Source: Camelus ferus
Lineage: Eukaryota
Direction: 5' to 3'
Length of the DNA stretch: 64,000 nucleotides
Assembly (NCBI RefSeq): GCF_009834535.1
Contig: NC_045713.1
Location: 18,228,001 to 18,292,000, forward strand
Shown here: positions 29,451 to 42,269 of the stretch, piece after piece
Layout of the letters: each line of letters begins with the position of its first letter
Position numbering within the stretch: the first letter of the stretch is position 1
Notes under the pieces: model-generated
Database searches by the model: none
What the model was told of the DNA's origin: nothing
What the model saw: the letters and a program-made list of their open reading frames with translations, nothing else
Position numbers and translations under genes: made by a program

Positions 29451-32400
29451 TTGGTCCATTCATTTGTTCATTCTGTCATTCTTCGTTCACTCCTTCTTGC
29501 CACAGTCTCCGATGAAGGGCCTTCTTCGAGAAGAGTCAGCCAGGGCCCTGCCCTGCGGGGCTGTCTGTCTGGCGGGGGCCCCGACAGGGAACGAGAAGGG
29601 CAGGGTTTCCGCAGCTCTCGACCCTAACGCCCTTCAAACTCCTGCATCCCTCAGAGACCCCAATTTACTGATAAGGAAACAGGCTCAGAGTGCCGTGGCG
29701 CCCTTATCTCTACTGCCTATTAAGTATTCCTGAGGGCACTGGGGAAGCAGGTATTTGAAGGATGCAAATGAGTTTTCCCACGGGAGAAGGCAATGAGAAC
29801 TACCTGTGGAGATGCATTTAGGTGGGGAAGTTTTAAAATTGTGCCTGGAGCTAAGGTCGCTGTCAGGAGCGGCACCCTGCCGCTGGAGGTGAGGCTGGAA
29901 AAGTAGACTGGGATTAGGTTGTGGACTAACCAGATTGGATGCCTAGGAGATGATTAGCTGTCATCTCTGCATAGTTCACAGTTCCCTTCTGCCATCTCAC
30001 CAGATCTCTCATGGCCTGTGAGACCTATTGGTGACTACTTGTTTAGACATGGGGAGACCGAGGAACAGAGAGGATAAAAAGTGGCTCTTCACCTCATCCC
30101 TGCCACAGGGTTCTAGGCTAAACTCTCTGGGAAGTAAATCTCTGCATCCCTGGCATTTAGAGCCTATTCAGACAGCAGGACGTCGTTCCCCTCATAAGAG
30201 TCCAATAGTAAACCAAAGACAAGTCTCCCTCACTAAAGCAATGAATCCATTGTGGGATACAGGGGGGATTTTTGGACTTTGTGAACTGGGAGAGGCAGAG
30301 AAATTCAGTTAATAAATAATTGTTGACCGACATTCTCACAAACTCCTACTATGGGGGAGGCAGAGGCTATAGACTTGGGTTCAAATACCATCTCAGTTTG
30401 TTTTGGGGCACCAAGCATGGTTCTGTGTGTAAAGGGTACAGAATAATAAAGGTTCTTGGCTCTTTGCCAGCCTAGACTCTTGGGCTGGAGACAGAGAATT
30501 AACAACTGAACCACAAAATGTCTAAGTACTAGCAAAGTGATAATCAGAGGACAGAGAGCAGATGTTTGGGAGGCAGACCACCTGGCTTTGAATACTGGCT
30601 GTGACCATGATTAGTTACTTCACTGCTGTGTGCCTCAGTATCCTTATCAGTAAAATGAGGGGGGGGACCTCTTTAACTTAGTCTGGGCTACCACAAAAAC
30701 AACAACAACTCCCCACCAAAAAAACCATAACAGACTGGGAGACACAGCAGACATTTATTTCTTATAGTTCTGGAGGCTAGGAAGTCCAAGATCAAGGTGC
30801 TGGCTAATTCAATTCCTGGTGAGGGCTCTTTTCCTGAATGGCCACCTTGTCTCTAAGTTCTCACATGGCTTTCCTTCCATGCATGCGTGTATTCAGTCCA
30901 TAACAGACTTCCAGACGGTTGTGAGGCTTAGCTTGAGTAGTACACATAAAATGCTTAGAATGATACCTGGGCCAAGGTAAATTTGCAAGGACTGTTATCC
31001 AGTTGAACAACATAAAGGAAATTAAAGAGGAGGCGGATACAGAGTGATCAGCAGGAGTGCAGATAGCATTAAGAAAGGTGGTCAGCAAAGCCTTCTTTAA
31101 GGAGGTGGCAGGGAGCTGAGACCCAAATGAAATCAGAGAGATAGCGACATAAAGATAACTGGGGAATCGTTTTTCTAGCAGAGGAAACTCCTAGTGCAGA
31201 GTGCCTGAGATGGGAAGGAATTTAGGTCTTTGACGGAAAAAAAGGGAACCTGTGTGAGTGGAACGTAGTGAGCCAGGCGGAGAGGAGTGGGAGGTGAGTT
31301 GTAGTTCAGAGCCTTGCTGGCCACGGAAAAAAGATACTGGTCTTTGTCCCCAGGAACAGTGGAAAGGCTCATGATTTGGCTGATAAACCTTAAATAAATG
31401 AAGGCTAGTAAAGAAAGAGCCCATCCCAGGGACCTGAAGACTTGAGTTTGAGTCTGGGCTCCTTGACTAGTTATGTATCCTTAATGCAAGTTTTTTCCCC
31501 CTTATGGGGGCCTTAATCTCCACATCTGAAAAAGAGACTTAGTAAAAATGCCTCTCTCCTAGAAGCTTGTGAAGACCTAAGGATGTAACTTTGGTTCTTA
31601 AGTGTTAAGTGTTGGTTGGAATGACCCAGAGAGTAGATTTCTGAGTCCTACCCCACACTCCCTGGATGATTATTGTCACGCAGGGAGTTCACAGAATCAC
31701 TCTAGGGAGTGGTGGGTGGGTGGAAGATTCCTTCATGAACAGTGAAGTGAGGAGTTGATGGTGGGGTTTTGGACAGGGCCCTAACCAACCTGGCCCTCTA
31801 CTTCATGGAGCTGGGGCCTGCTGGGACCAACCTGGGACTCCCCTACCATTTCCCCTAGGAAGTGCCTTCAGAGGAGGGATTTACCCCTTCAGCTATCTGG
31901 TTTCTGGCTCACAGGTAAGAAAACAGTGGCCCAGAGCTCAGAACCCATGGGTCCAGCCCTCTGAGAGGAAAACAGAAACATAAAGATGGTGGCTCTGGTT
32001 TCCAGGCAGTTCTATGGGATGAGAGAAGACAAAAGTGTAACCTGAAGGTGTATTTGAAGGATGCAAAAGAGTTTTCCCATGGGAGAAGGCAGCGGGGAAA
32101 CCCTGAAGGCTCAGGGTTCTAGTCACTGTGGGACTGGCCCAGGCAGCAGACAAGTCTGGGAGGGCCCAGTAACGCCAGGCAAATTAAACACCTGGATTCA
32201 AGTCCCAGCCGCATGACATACTAGCTGTGTGATCATGGGTTAATCACTGACCCCCTTGGAACCTCAGTTTATTTGTAAAATGAGGACAGTAATCCCTATC
32301 TCAGGAAGCTATGAGAGAATAAGGTAGCACACTCAGCAGAGTGTCTGGCTCTGAGAAGATTCAGTAATTGAGAGCAGTAATTATTCTTATCTCACTCAGC

Positions 32401-34434
32401 CCTCACCCGACCCTGTGAAGTAAGTACTATTATTACCTCCATTTTTCAGATGAGAAAACTGAGCTCCTACGGCGTGAAGGAAATTACACAAGGTCACAGC
32501 TTTTCTGTAAGGGAGGTGAGATTGGAAGCCAGGCAGTTTAGCTTCAGAGACTGCACTTAACTACAATGCTGTATTGTTTCTCTGGGCCTCAGTTCCCTCA
32601 TCAATGAAAGTGAGTGATAATAGAACTTTTCTCATGGTGCTGACATGAAGATCAAGTGGGTTAATACATGTAAAGACTCAGGATATAGCCTGTTATTTAA
32701 CAGGTAGGTGCTCAGTACATGTGAGCTACCATTTTTATTGAGGAAAAACTTTATCTGTCAGATTGTCCAGAGATAGCCTGGAAGGGAGGTAGTGAGGGCC
32801 TCATCCAGAGATACAGTTTCCCCTAGAAACTGTAGGGGGAATTCAAGCCATGGGGAAGGTTGGGCCTCAAGCCCTTCAACTTATCTTCCAGCCTCAGGAT
32901 TTAGTAGGAAAAGTGAAAAAAACAAGCTGAGGGTAGAAAAGAATTGTGTGGGAAGGGGACCAAAAAACCAAAGGAGAAAGAAGAGCTTCTTTTGGGAAGT
33001 GAGGCTCAAAGGAAGGATTTGTAACAGCCAGGAAGGGCCTGGAATCTTGCGTGATAAGATGGTGCCATGGAAAGTTCTTGAGCGGAGGACAGAGCATCAT
33101 CACATGGTACTTCAGGAAGAAGACTCTGGCTGCCTATGCACAGTAGATTGTGTGTGTAGGGGTGGGGGACTGAGGCAGGGCCACCAGGCAGAAGGATTTT
33201 GATTCTAATGATACAGCCTTTGCCACTCACCCCAAGGGCTCCTGTGTCCTTCCTGGGTCATAACTTAGAAGCCACCAACCCCTGATATGTACAGATGAAG
33301 AAACAGGCCTGAAAAGGAGCACGAGAATCCAGGCCTCATGCCTCCCAGCTCAGCTTCTGGGCACACCTGGCTCCCCTCCCCTCTCTATAACACTGACCTT
33401 CCCCCCCACCCTTCTGCCCCCAGCAGCTGCTGCAAGCACTCCTTAAGTGGATCTGCCATAATCCTCTTCCCTTCATCCCCTAGGGAGGATGAGCTGGTGT
33501 TAAGACTAATGCAGCCGTTAATCCTATTTCCTCCCAGCCATGATCCCCAGGAGCAGCTGGGTGGAGGGTGTCTGGGCTCTGAACCGAGAAAGAAGAGGCC
33601 TTAGCTAGGGCCAGTGTCCCAGGAGGCCAGGCTAGAGCAGATGCATTGAGTATGAGTCAGAGGCTTCTAACTTCTGCTAGCAATGGCTCAAGCTGCCTTG
33701 AGAGTAACTGAGCTCCCCATTACCAGAGCTATGGGAGCAAGAACCATACAGCCATTCCACAGCAGAGGGTGGACCAGGATTCCTATCTGGGGTGGAGTAC
33801 CTTACATCTGTGCAAGGCCAGAATTCTGTGTGAACAGTTGCTGCCTGTGAAAGCTAACCAACCAGAAGGAAAAGACAAAATATACACACTAGGGACCTAC
33901 CCCTTCCAGACAGATGGTGCTAATCACTACATTTAGCCCACTGGCTCTGCCCTTTTCGGGACCTACCTCTGTCTTCCCTGGGCACTTGGAGACCTTCAGC
34001 CCAGATCCACATCTGGGTAGCCTCCGTGTCTGCATCCTTGCATAGGTCTTGGCCTCTGAACTGAAGAAGGAAGATGGTGAGATGAATGGAGCCTGGGCCT
34101 TCTGGGAATGCTACAGGGTTTGGAAAAGCCTAGAGGCTGGGGAGGGAAGTTCAGGTGAACCTTCTGAAGACACCAGCCCCCTCTCTTAGCTTCTCTGAGG
34201 TCACCTGGTGGAGCTTCTTTCATCAATGAACAGACTGGAGAGGAAACTTGAGCTCAGAGAGGCAGGAATGTTTGTAAGGAAGGATGTGCATCCTGTGTGG
34301 GGAATGCAGATAAGACAGAGTTCTCTCTGAGGCCTCAGAGGGCTTTGGTAAGGAGATCGGCCTTGGCGAATGGGAAAGGGGTGTGGCTTCTGCCTAACAT
34401 TGCCTCTCTCACAGAAGCCCCGCCCACCAAGGCC

Positions 34435-36733
34435 ATGGAGGTAGAGTCTGTGGAGGACCGGTCCCCAGCCCCTGGCTATAAACGCGCTGGCCGCCGCTAT
34501 AAGTGCCTGTCCTGTACCAAGACGTTTCCGAATGCACCCCGAGCAGCACGCCACGCTGCCACACATGGGCCTGCAGACTGCGCAGAGGAGGTGGCCGAGG
34601 TGAAGCTGAAGCCAGAGACAGACCCCAAAGTGGAGGATGCCAGTGGGGACAAGGTGTCAGGTGCAGCGGCTAAGCCTCGGCCCTATGCGTGTCCGCTGTG
34701 CCCCAAGGCCTACAAAACGGCACCTGAGTTGCGCAGTCATGGTCGCAGCCACACAGGTGAGAAGCCCTTCCCTTGCCCTGAGTGCGGCCGGCGCTTCATG
34801 CAGCCTGTGTGCCTGCGGGTGCACCTGGCCTCCCACGCCGGTGAGCTGCCCTTCCGCTGTGCGCACTGCCCCAAGGCCTATGGCGCGCTCTCCAAGCTCA
34901 AGATCCACCAGCGAGGTCACACGGGTGAGCGGCCCTACGCCTGTGCCGACTGTGGCAAGAGCTTCGCCGACCCCTCGGTGTTCCGCAAGCACCGGCGGAC
35001 ACATGCCGGCCTGCGGCCGTACAGCTGCGAGCGCTGTGGCAAAGCCTACGCTGAGCTCAAGGACCTTCGCAACCACGAGCGGTGAGGGCGTGGGGCTGGG
35101 TGGTGGGCGGCTGAAGGGGTTGGGCTGCGTGTACCAATAGGGTGGAGGTATTGAGTTCCACAGAGCAGAATGAGCCAATAGGAAGATGAGTGGGGCGGAA
35201 CTATCGGGGAGGGTGGAACTAGGGTCTGATTGGCCTGGGTTCCTGGACCACAGGGGGCGGGGCTTGAAGTTGGGCGGCTCAGAGGGTCTCTAATGGAGTC
35301 CAGGAGGAGCGAGTGGGGCCTGATGTGTTGTGTGTACAGATGGGTCTGGAACCTAGACGCCCGGCCTGAAGGTATCTTACTCTGGGGCACAGCCCTGTGG
35401 CCCTTAGGGGATTAGGCCAAAGCCCCAGCGATGTTAAGGGGCCCTAACTTACCGTGCAGACAGGTAGCGGGGTCAGGTGATGGGCCGCCACCCTCATGCT
35501 GGGCCTCCGCCCTTCCACAGGTCCCACACGGGTGAGCGCCCCTTCCTCTGCTCAGAGTGCGGGAAGAGCTTCTCCCGCTCATCCTCACTTACGTGCCACC
35601 AGCGCATCCATGCGGCGCAGAAGCCCTACCGATGCCCGGCCTGTGGCAAGGGCTTCACTCAGCTTAGCTCCTACCAGAGCCACGAGCGCACTCACTCGGG
35701 CGAGAAGCCCTTCCTGTGCCCGCGCTGCGGCCGCATGTTCTCCGACCCCTCGAGCTTCCGGCGTCACCAGCGGGCGCATGAGGGCGTGAAGCCCTACCGC
35801 TGCGAGAAGTGCGGCAAGGACTTCCGGCAGCCGGCCGACCTGGCAATGCACCGACGGGTACACACTGGCGACCGGCCGTTCAAGTGCCTGCAGTGTGACA
35901 AGACGTTTGTGGCGTCCTGGGACCTCAAGAGGCACGCGTTGGTGCATTCGGGCCAACGGCCCTTCCGCTGCGAAGAGTGCGGGCGGGCCTTCGCGGAGCG
36001 GGCCAGTCTCACGAAGCACAGCCGGGTGCACTCAGGTGAGCGCCCTTTCCACTGCAACGCCTGCGGAAAGTCCTTCGTGGTCTCGTCAAGCCTAAGGAAG
36101 CATGAGCGGACCCATCGAAGTAGCGAGGCCGCAGGGGCGCCCCCACAACAGGAGCTGGTAGTGGGGCTGGCGCTGCCCGTCAGCGTGGCAGGGGAGGGCT
36201 CCACGGCCCCGGCAGCAGGGACGGGGCTAGGAGACCCTCCAGCTGGGCTGCTGGGGCTGCCCTCAGAATCCGGTGGTGTGGTGGCCACCCAGTGGCAAGT
36301 TGTGGGCATGACAGTGGAGCACGTGGAGTGCCAAGATGCTGGGGTTGGGGAGGCTCCTGGTCCCTTGGGGGCGGCAGGCGAGGTCGGGGGTGAGGAGGTG
36401 GACGAGAAACCACCACAGTTTGTGTGCCGGGAGTGCAAGGAGATGTTCTCCACGCTGACGTTGCTGCGACGGCACGAGCGTTCACACCCAGAGCTCCGGC
36501 CCTTTCCCTGCACACAGTGCGGCAAGAGCTTCTCAGATCGGGCTGGGCTGCGCAAGCACAGCCGCACCCACAGCTCTGTGCGCCCCTACACCTGCCCTCA
36601 CTGCCCCAAGGCTTTCTTGAGTGCCAGTGACCTGCGCAAGCACGAACGCACCCACCCTGTGCCCATCGGGACCCCCACACCCCTCGAGCCTCTTGTGGCT
36701 TTGCTAGGAATGCCTGAAGAGGGGCCAGCCTGA
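34435..36733 (+). CDS. ZNF668: Zinc finger protein 668; 2 coding exons, 619 aa
   Basis: Exons 34435-35081 (647 nt; acceptor ends 34414) and 35521-36733 (1213 nt) total 1860 nt. [27 protein letters not shown]...[16 protein letters not shown] at 36934-36939. Confidence 0.98.
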
Positions 36734-37289
36734 GGCCCATGCCCCCTCCGCCACACTCCTGGGAGCTGAGCCCCTACAGGGTGCCTCCCGAACATCCCTT
36801 TGTCCCAGCTCGCTCTTTAGACTCCAGATCCATCTCTGCACCCCAGGCAGCTAGCTCACCCTCCTGACAAATAGCTGGGGACAGTGGAGGCTGGCAGCAG
36901 CTAGTAAGAGACATGGCTCTCTGAGCAGCATTCATTAAAGTATTCACTTTGACATTGGGTTGTCTTCTGTGTTCTGGTTGGGGCTAAGTGAGTGGGAGTT
37001 TGGGCATTAGATAAGGTTCAGTGGAGATCCCTGGACTGACAAATTAGAAACTAGAAGTGTCTTTGGGGTGCATCATTTTCTCCAAATATGTTTCAGAATG
37101 TCTTGTGACAAGGGTTTCATGGTTAAGTAAGTACAGGAAATTCCTGTACCCTTCTTGGGGATTCTTGGTAATCAAAGTAATTAAAGTCACTGATAAGTCC
37201 TGTAATGAACAAATCTATCTAACTTTGTTGAGTCCATACTTGACCTTTTACTAAGTACTTCTACTTTTGTCCTTTTACAAATAATAAAC

Positions 37290-38400
37290 GGAGGCCCAAA
37301 GTTAGTATATTTCCTATAAATTGCAATAACAAATTAGGAAATATACTTGCGGTCCCATTCACAATAACAACAAAACCCATAAACTACAAAAGACTAAACC
37401 TCACCAGAAAACATGCAAAATCTATATGAAGAAAATGCTATCTCTGTCCTGAAGGATACAAGACCTAACTAAATGAAGACATATCGTATACCTGAATGGA
37501 AAGATTATTAAAAGATGTTGCTTCTCCCCAGTTTAATCCTTAAATTCATTGCCATTCAAAAGGACTTTTTAACAGAACATAAAAATTCTAAATTCCTGTA
37601 CAATATGTTTTTAAAAAAAACAACAGTAGTGATGATGTATTTGACACACTAGATAATCAAACACCAAAGCACTGGAATAAAAGGAAAATAATGACAGAAG
37701 AGTAAGTTAATCAGCCAAGTGAGGGAGAGGCTTCAAAAACAGCCCTATTCCTGGGAATGTATTTTATGATAAATATGATTATTCAAATCAGTGGGAAAAG
37801 GATAGGCTGTTAAATAACTTTACAGTTATATCCATACTCTGGATGGCTACATACCTTGCAAAGTAATTTTTCAAAAAACAAAAATGAGGCCCCACATTTA
37901 GTATAAATTGGTATGGCTTCTTGGGAAGATGATTTGATGTTTATCAAAAGTTAAATGCTTCATGATGTATGTAAGTTAAATCATTATGCTGTACACCTTA
38001 AACATACAGTGCTGTGTCACATCCCAATAAAACTGGAAGAGGGAAAAAAAAGTAATCAAACACACATTTTAAAAAATAGTTAAATGCATAAACTCTTTGA
38101 CTCAGCAAGTACACCTCAAAGAATTTACACCACAGATTTCTTTTCCCACTTCTGTGACAAAACTGAAGATAAAAGATTGTTCGGTGCAGCAAAATTTGTG
38201 ATAACTGTGAACACCCCATATGCCCACTAGCAAAGGACTAACTTAATGAAGCCACTATAAAATACATTACTTAACTGTTTTTAAAAAATGAGGCTTATCA
38301 ATCTGTCTTGTTGAACAATATCCAAAAAATATGTCAAGTAAAAAACTGAAGTGCAAAGTACTGTAGAGTATGCTCCTATTTGGGTTGAATTACTCATAAG
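37290..38400 (+). mobile_element. Ancient degraded L1 fragments
   Basis: A-rich L1 ORF2-like text (ccattcacaataacaacaaaa...aaaatctatatgaagaaaat...gaatggaaagatt) with no open frame. Confidence 0.65.
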
Positions 38401-39059
38401 TACTCAAATTCCTATAGGATATTTCTGGAAGGATACCCAAGAACTGATTCTGGACTATAAATTCCAGCCACTAGGGCCAAAACAGAGCCAAAAATCAGAG
38501 TGAACCATATTCTCCTTCCCATCCTATTATCTGTGGACTTGGAGGCCACTAAGTTGGCAGCCTTAGGAAGTGTCCATGTGCAGCCCATCTCCAGATGCAC
38601 ATGCCAGTCATGGGGGACTCTGAAGTACCTGGCCATAGCCCAGGACTGGTACACCAGGTAGCACCTGGAGCAGAAGTTGGAGGTATCCCCTTGGTGTCAG
38701 GGGCCTCACACAGTGTTGTCATGTCCAGGCCCTCATGCTGGTTCTCCAAAGCAGAACAAGGTGAGAAGTGTGCACATGGCAACAGCAGGGACGAGGGTGT
38801 CATGGCTGCAGGAAGAGGGCACCAGTTTGACCAGGGACACTCACTGCTCATACCCATTCCCATAGCAGGACAAGCACAGACCCCAGGCCTCCTTCCTGTC
38901 CAGGTTGGGACCAAAGTCTAAAAGTAAGGGCTCCAGGAGAGAAACAGACACCAGACTGGGGGAGTGGTGGTTGGAAGCAGAACTTTTGTTTACTACTGAC
39001 TTGATTTTTGATTTTGGTCCCCCTTCTCTGACACCATCAGCATCCCATACCCTAGTTCC

Positions 39060-40518
39060 TGCTCCCTGAGAACTCAGTCTGACTTTTTANNNNNNNNNNN
39101 NNNNNNNNNNNNNNNNNNNNNNNNNNNNNNNNNNNNNNNNNNNNNNNNNNNNNNNNNNNNNNNNNNNNNNNNNNNNNNNNNNNNNNNNNNNNNNNNNNNN
39201 NNNNNNNNNNNNNNNNNCTCCACACCTATTAGCTGTCACTCCCTATTGATTCCAGTTCCTCCCCAAACTCCTCTCTCAACCTTAGTCAATGGCTAATCTA
39301 CTTTCAGTCTCTGTAGGTTTGCCAATTGTGGACATTTCGTGTAAATGGAGGCATACAAAATGTAGTCTTTTGTGACTGATTGTTTTACTTAGCATAATGT
39401 TCTCAAGGCTCATCCATATTGTAGCCTGATCAGTTCTTCACTCTTTTTTNNNNNNNNNNNNNNNNNNNNNNNNNNNNNNNNNNNNNNNNNNNNNNNNNNN
39501 NNNNNNNNNNNNNNNNNNNNNNNNNNNNNNNNNNNNNNNNNNNNNNNNNNNNNNNNNNNNNNNNNNNNNNNNNNNNNNNNNNNNNNNNNNNNNNNNNNNN
39601 NNNNNNNNNNNTATGTAGGAATGGAATTGCTGAAGCATATGGTAGCTCTATGTTTAACCATTTAAGGAACTGTCAGCCTGCTTTCCAAAGTGGCTGCATG
39701 ATTTTACCTTCCCACCAACAGGGTATGAATGTTCCAATGTCTCCACATCTTCACCAACAGTTGTTATTNNNNNNNNNNNNNNNNNNNNNNNNNNNNNNNN
39801 NNNNNNNNNNNNNNNNNNNNNNNNNNNNNNNNNNNNNNNNNNNNNNNNNNNNNNNNNNNNNNNNNNNNNNNNNNNNNNNNNNNNNNNNNNNNNNNNNNNN
39901 NNNNNNNNNNNNNNNNNNNNNNNNNNNNNNNNNNNNNNNNNNNNNNNNNNNNNNNNNAGTGGTAAGAGTTATGTATTCTAGATGCAAGTTCCTTATGANN
40001 NNNNNNNNNNNNNNNNNNNNNNNNNNNNNNNNNNNNNNNNNNNNNNNNNNNNNNNNNNNNNNNNNNNNNNNNNNNNNNNNNNNNNNNNNNNNNNNNNNNN
40101 NNNNNNNNNNNNNNNNNNNNNNNNNNAAGAGCCATATCTAAGAATCTATTTCCTAATCCAAGGTCATGAAGATTTATGCCTGTATTTTCATCCAAGAGTT
40201 TTACAAACACTTAGAAAGTTTATAACTTAGTTATTAATGTATAAGTGTAAAATGGATAAAAGTTTTTTTATAAACTATGAACGTTTTTAATAGCTAAAAG
40301 CTCTTACATTTAGATTCTTGATCCATTTCAAGTTAATTTTTGTGTATGGTTTGAGGTAGAGGTCCAGCCTTCTTATTCTGCATGTAGATATTCAATTGTG
40401 TCAGCACCATTTGTTGAAAAGGCTGTTCTTTCTCCATTGAATTCTCTTGACTTCCTTGTTGAAAATAAACTAACTGTAAATATAAGGGTTTATTTCTGGG
40501 CTCTCAATTTTATTCCCT

Positions 40519-40563
<45 letters not shown>

Positions 40564-41700
40564 GATAGATTGATTAGATAGATAGATAAATCGATCTTCC
40601 TTTATGCCAGTGCTACATTTGTTTTGCTTACTGTAGCTTGGTAGTAAATTTTAAAATCAGGACCTGTGAGTCCTCCAACTTGTTCTTCTGTTACAAAATT
40701 ATTTTTGTTTTTCTAGATCCTTTGTATTTTTGTATTAATTTTAAGATCAGCTTGTCATCTTTTGCAAAAAAGAAAAAGAAAAGGAAGCTAGCTAGGATTT
40801 TGATAGGAATTGCATTGCCTCTGTACATCAATTTGAGGAGTATTGTCACCTTGACAGATAAATCTCTGACCCATAAACATTGGGTGTTTTAAATTTTNNN
40901 NNNNNNNNNNNNNNNNNNNNNNNNNNNNNNNNNNNNNNNNNNNNNNNNNNNNNNNNNNNNNNNNNNNNNNNNNNNNNNNNNNNNNNNNNNNNNNNNNNNN
41001 NNNNNNNNNNNNNNNNNNNNNNNNNNNNNNNNNNNNNNNATTGGTAGTATTGAGAAATACAGTGGATTTTTCTACATTATTCTTGTATTCTGAAACCTTG
41101 CTGAACTGGTTTGTTAGCTCTAATCTTTTGTGTGTGTGTGTGGGTGTATTCCTAAGGATTTTCTATATATAAGGTGATGTCATCTGTAAAATGAGATAGT
41201 TTACTTCTTCTTTTCCAGTCTGGATGCTTTTATTTCTTTTTATTGCTTACAGTGTTAAATAGAAGTGGTTTAAATAGAAGCAGACATCCTGATCTCAGGG
41301 CAAAAACATCCAGTCTTTCACCATTTAAGTATGATGTAAGCTGTGACTTTCATGGATGCCCTTTGATAATTAGCAAAGTAAGAATATTCCCTCATACTCC
41401 TAGTTCCTTAACCTTTTTTTTTTAAAGGAAAGTTGCTGGATTTTTGGTCTCTATTGAGATGATCAGATGGCTTTTGTTCTTTATTCTATTAATATTCTTT
41501 ACTACATTAATTGATTTTCAGATATTTAACCAACCTTGCATTCTTGAGATAAATCCTGCTTGTATAAACATTTTTATATATTGCTGGATTTTGTATGCTA
41601 GTACTTTGTTGAGGATTTTTACATCTATATTCATAAGAAGTGGTGATCTGGAGTTTTCTTTTCTTGTGATATCTTTGTCCCATTATATTATCTGGATAAT
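39060..41700 (-). mobile_element. Old L1 (ORF2/3' UTR) interrupted by five N runs (39090-39217, 39450-39610, 39769-39957, 39999-40126, 40898-41039)
   Basis: Inverted L1 motifs such as cagcaccatttgttgaaaaggctgttctttctccattgaatt and ttgataggaattgcattg. Confidence 0.85.
40519..40588. repeat. (GATA)n microsatellite, imperfect at its 3' end
   Basis: Directly visible. Confidence 0.95.
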
Positions 41701-42269
41701 GCCCAGATAGTCTGACTTCTGGCCCTCACTTTTCTTCTGTCCTGATTTCTTTTGATTTTCTGCCTCTCTGCCAGGACTGTCCCAGGTAGTGAGTGCATCT
41801 TGAGAATGCAAAATCATAGGCCCCACTGCTGGGGCCATAGCTGGCATCACCACTTGGTTTGTACCGTGGACTGCAGTGATCATCCCCTCCCCAGTCAAAT
41901 GGCTGGATAAGTTGAGACTTCTCACAGGAGAAAACTCCAGGATCAGGGCTGAGGAAGAGGTAAGGGAAGGCAGTAGGTGGAGCAGTCATTCTGGATTCAA
42001 CCAAGGAGATTCGGGGACTTGTTCTCACTTGTTATGCACGGCCCACTCTCAAAATCTCTTTCCCTCAAGCCTACCTTCCATTCAAGTCCTCTCCTAGCTC
42101 TGACCTCATCTCTTACCTACTCCTTACGCTCAGCAGGGGCCAGCCATGTTGGCCTCCTGTTTATTTGTTTCTTCCTAGTCTTGGAGCCTTTGCACTTGCT
42201 CTTTTCTGGGGATGTAACCCATGCTCTAGATTTGCCTGTGACACTTTTCAAGTTTCAGCTCAAATTTTA

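Noticed and set aside
34297-34434. Apparent N-terminal extension of ZNF668 in the ORF track
   Set aside because: It starts at GTG and crosses the exon acceptor ending at 34414, so most of it is intronic. The strong-context ATG at 34435 gives the expected 619 aa.
39410-40230. Long ORFs in the track spanning X residues (also at 8204 and 52066-52469)
   Set aside because: Artefacts of translating N runs.
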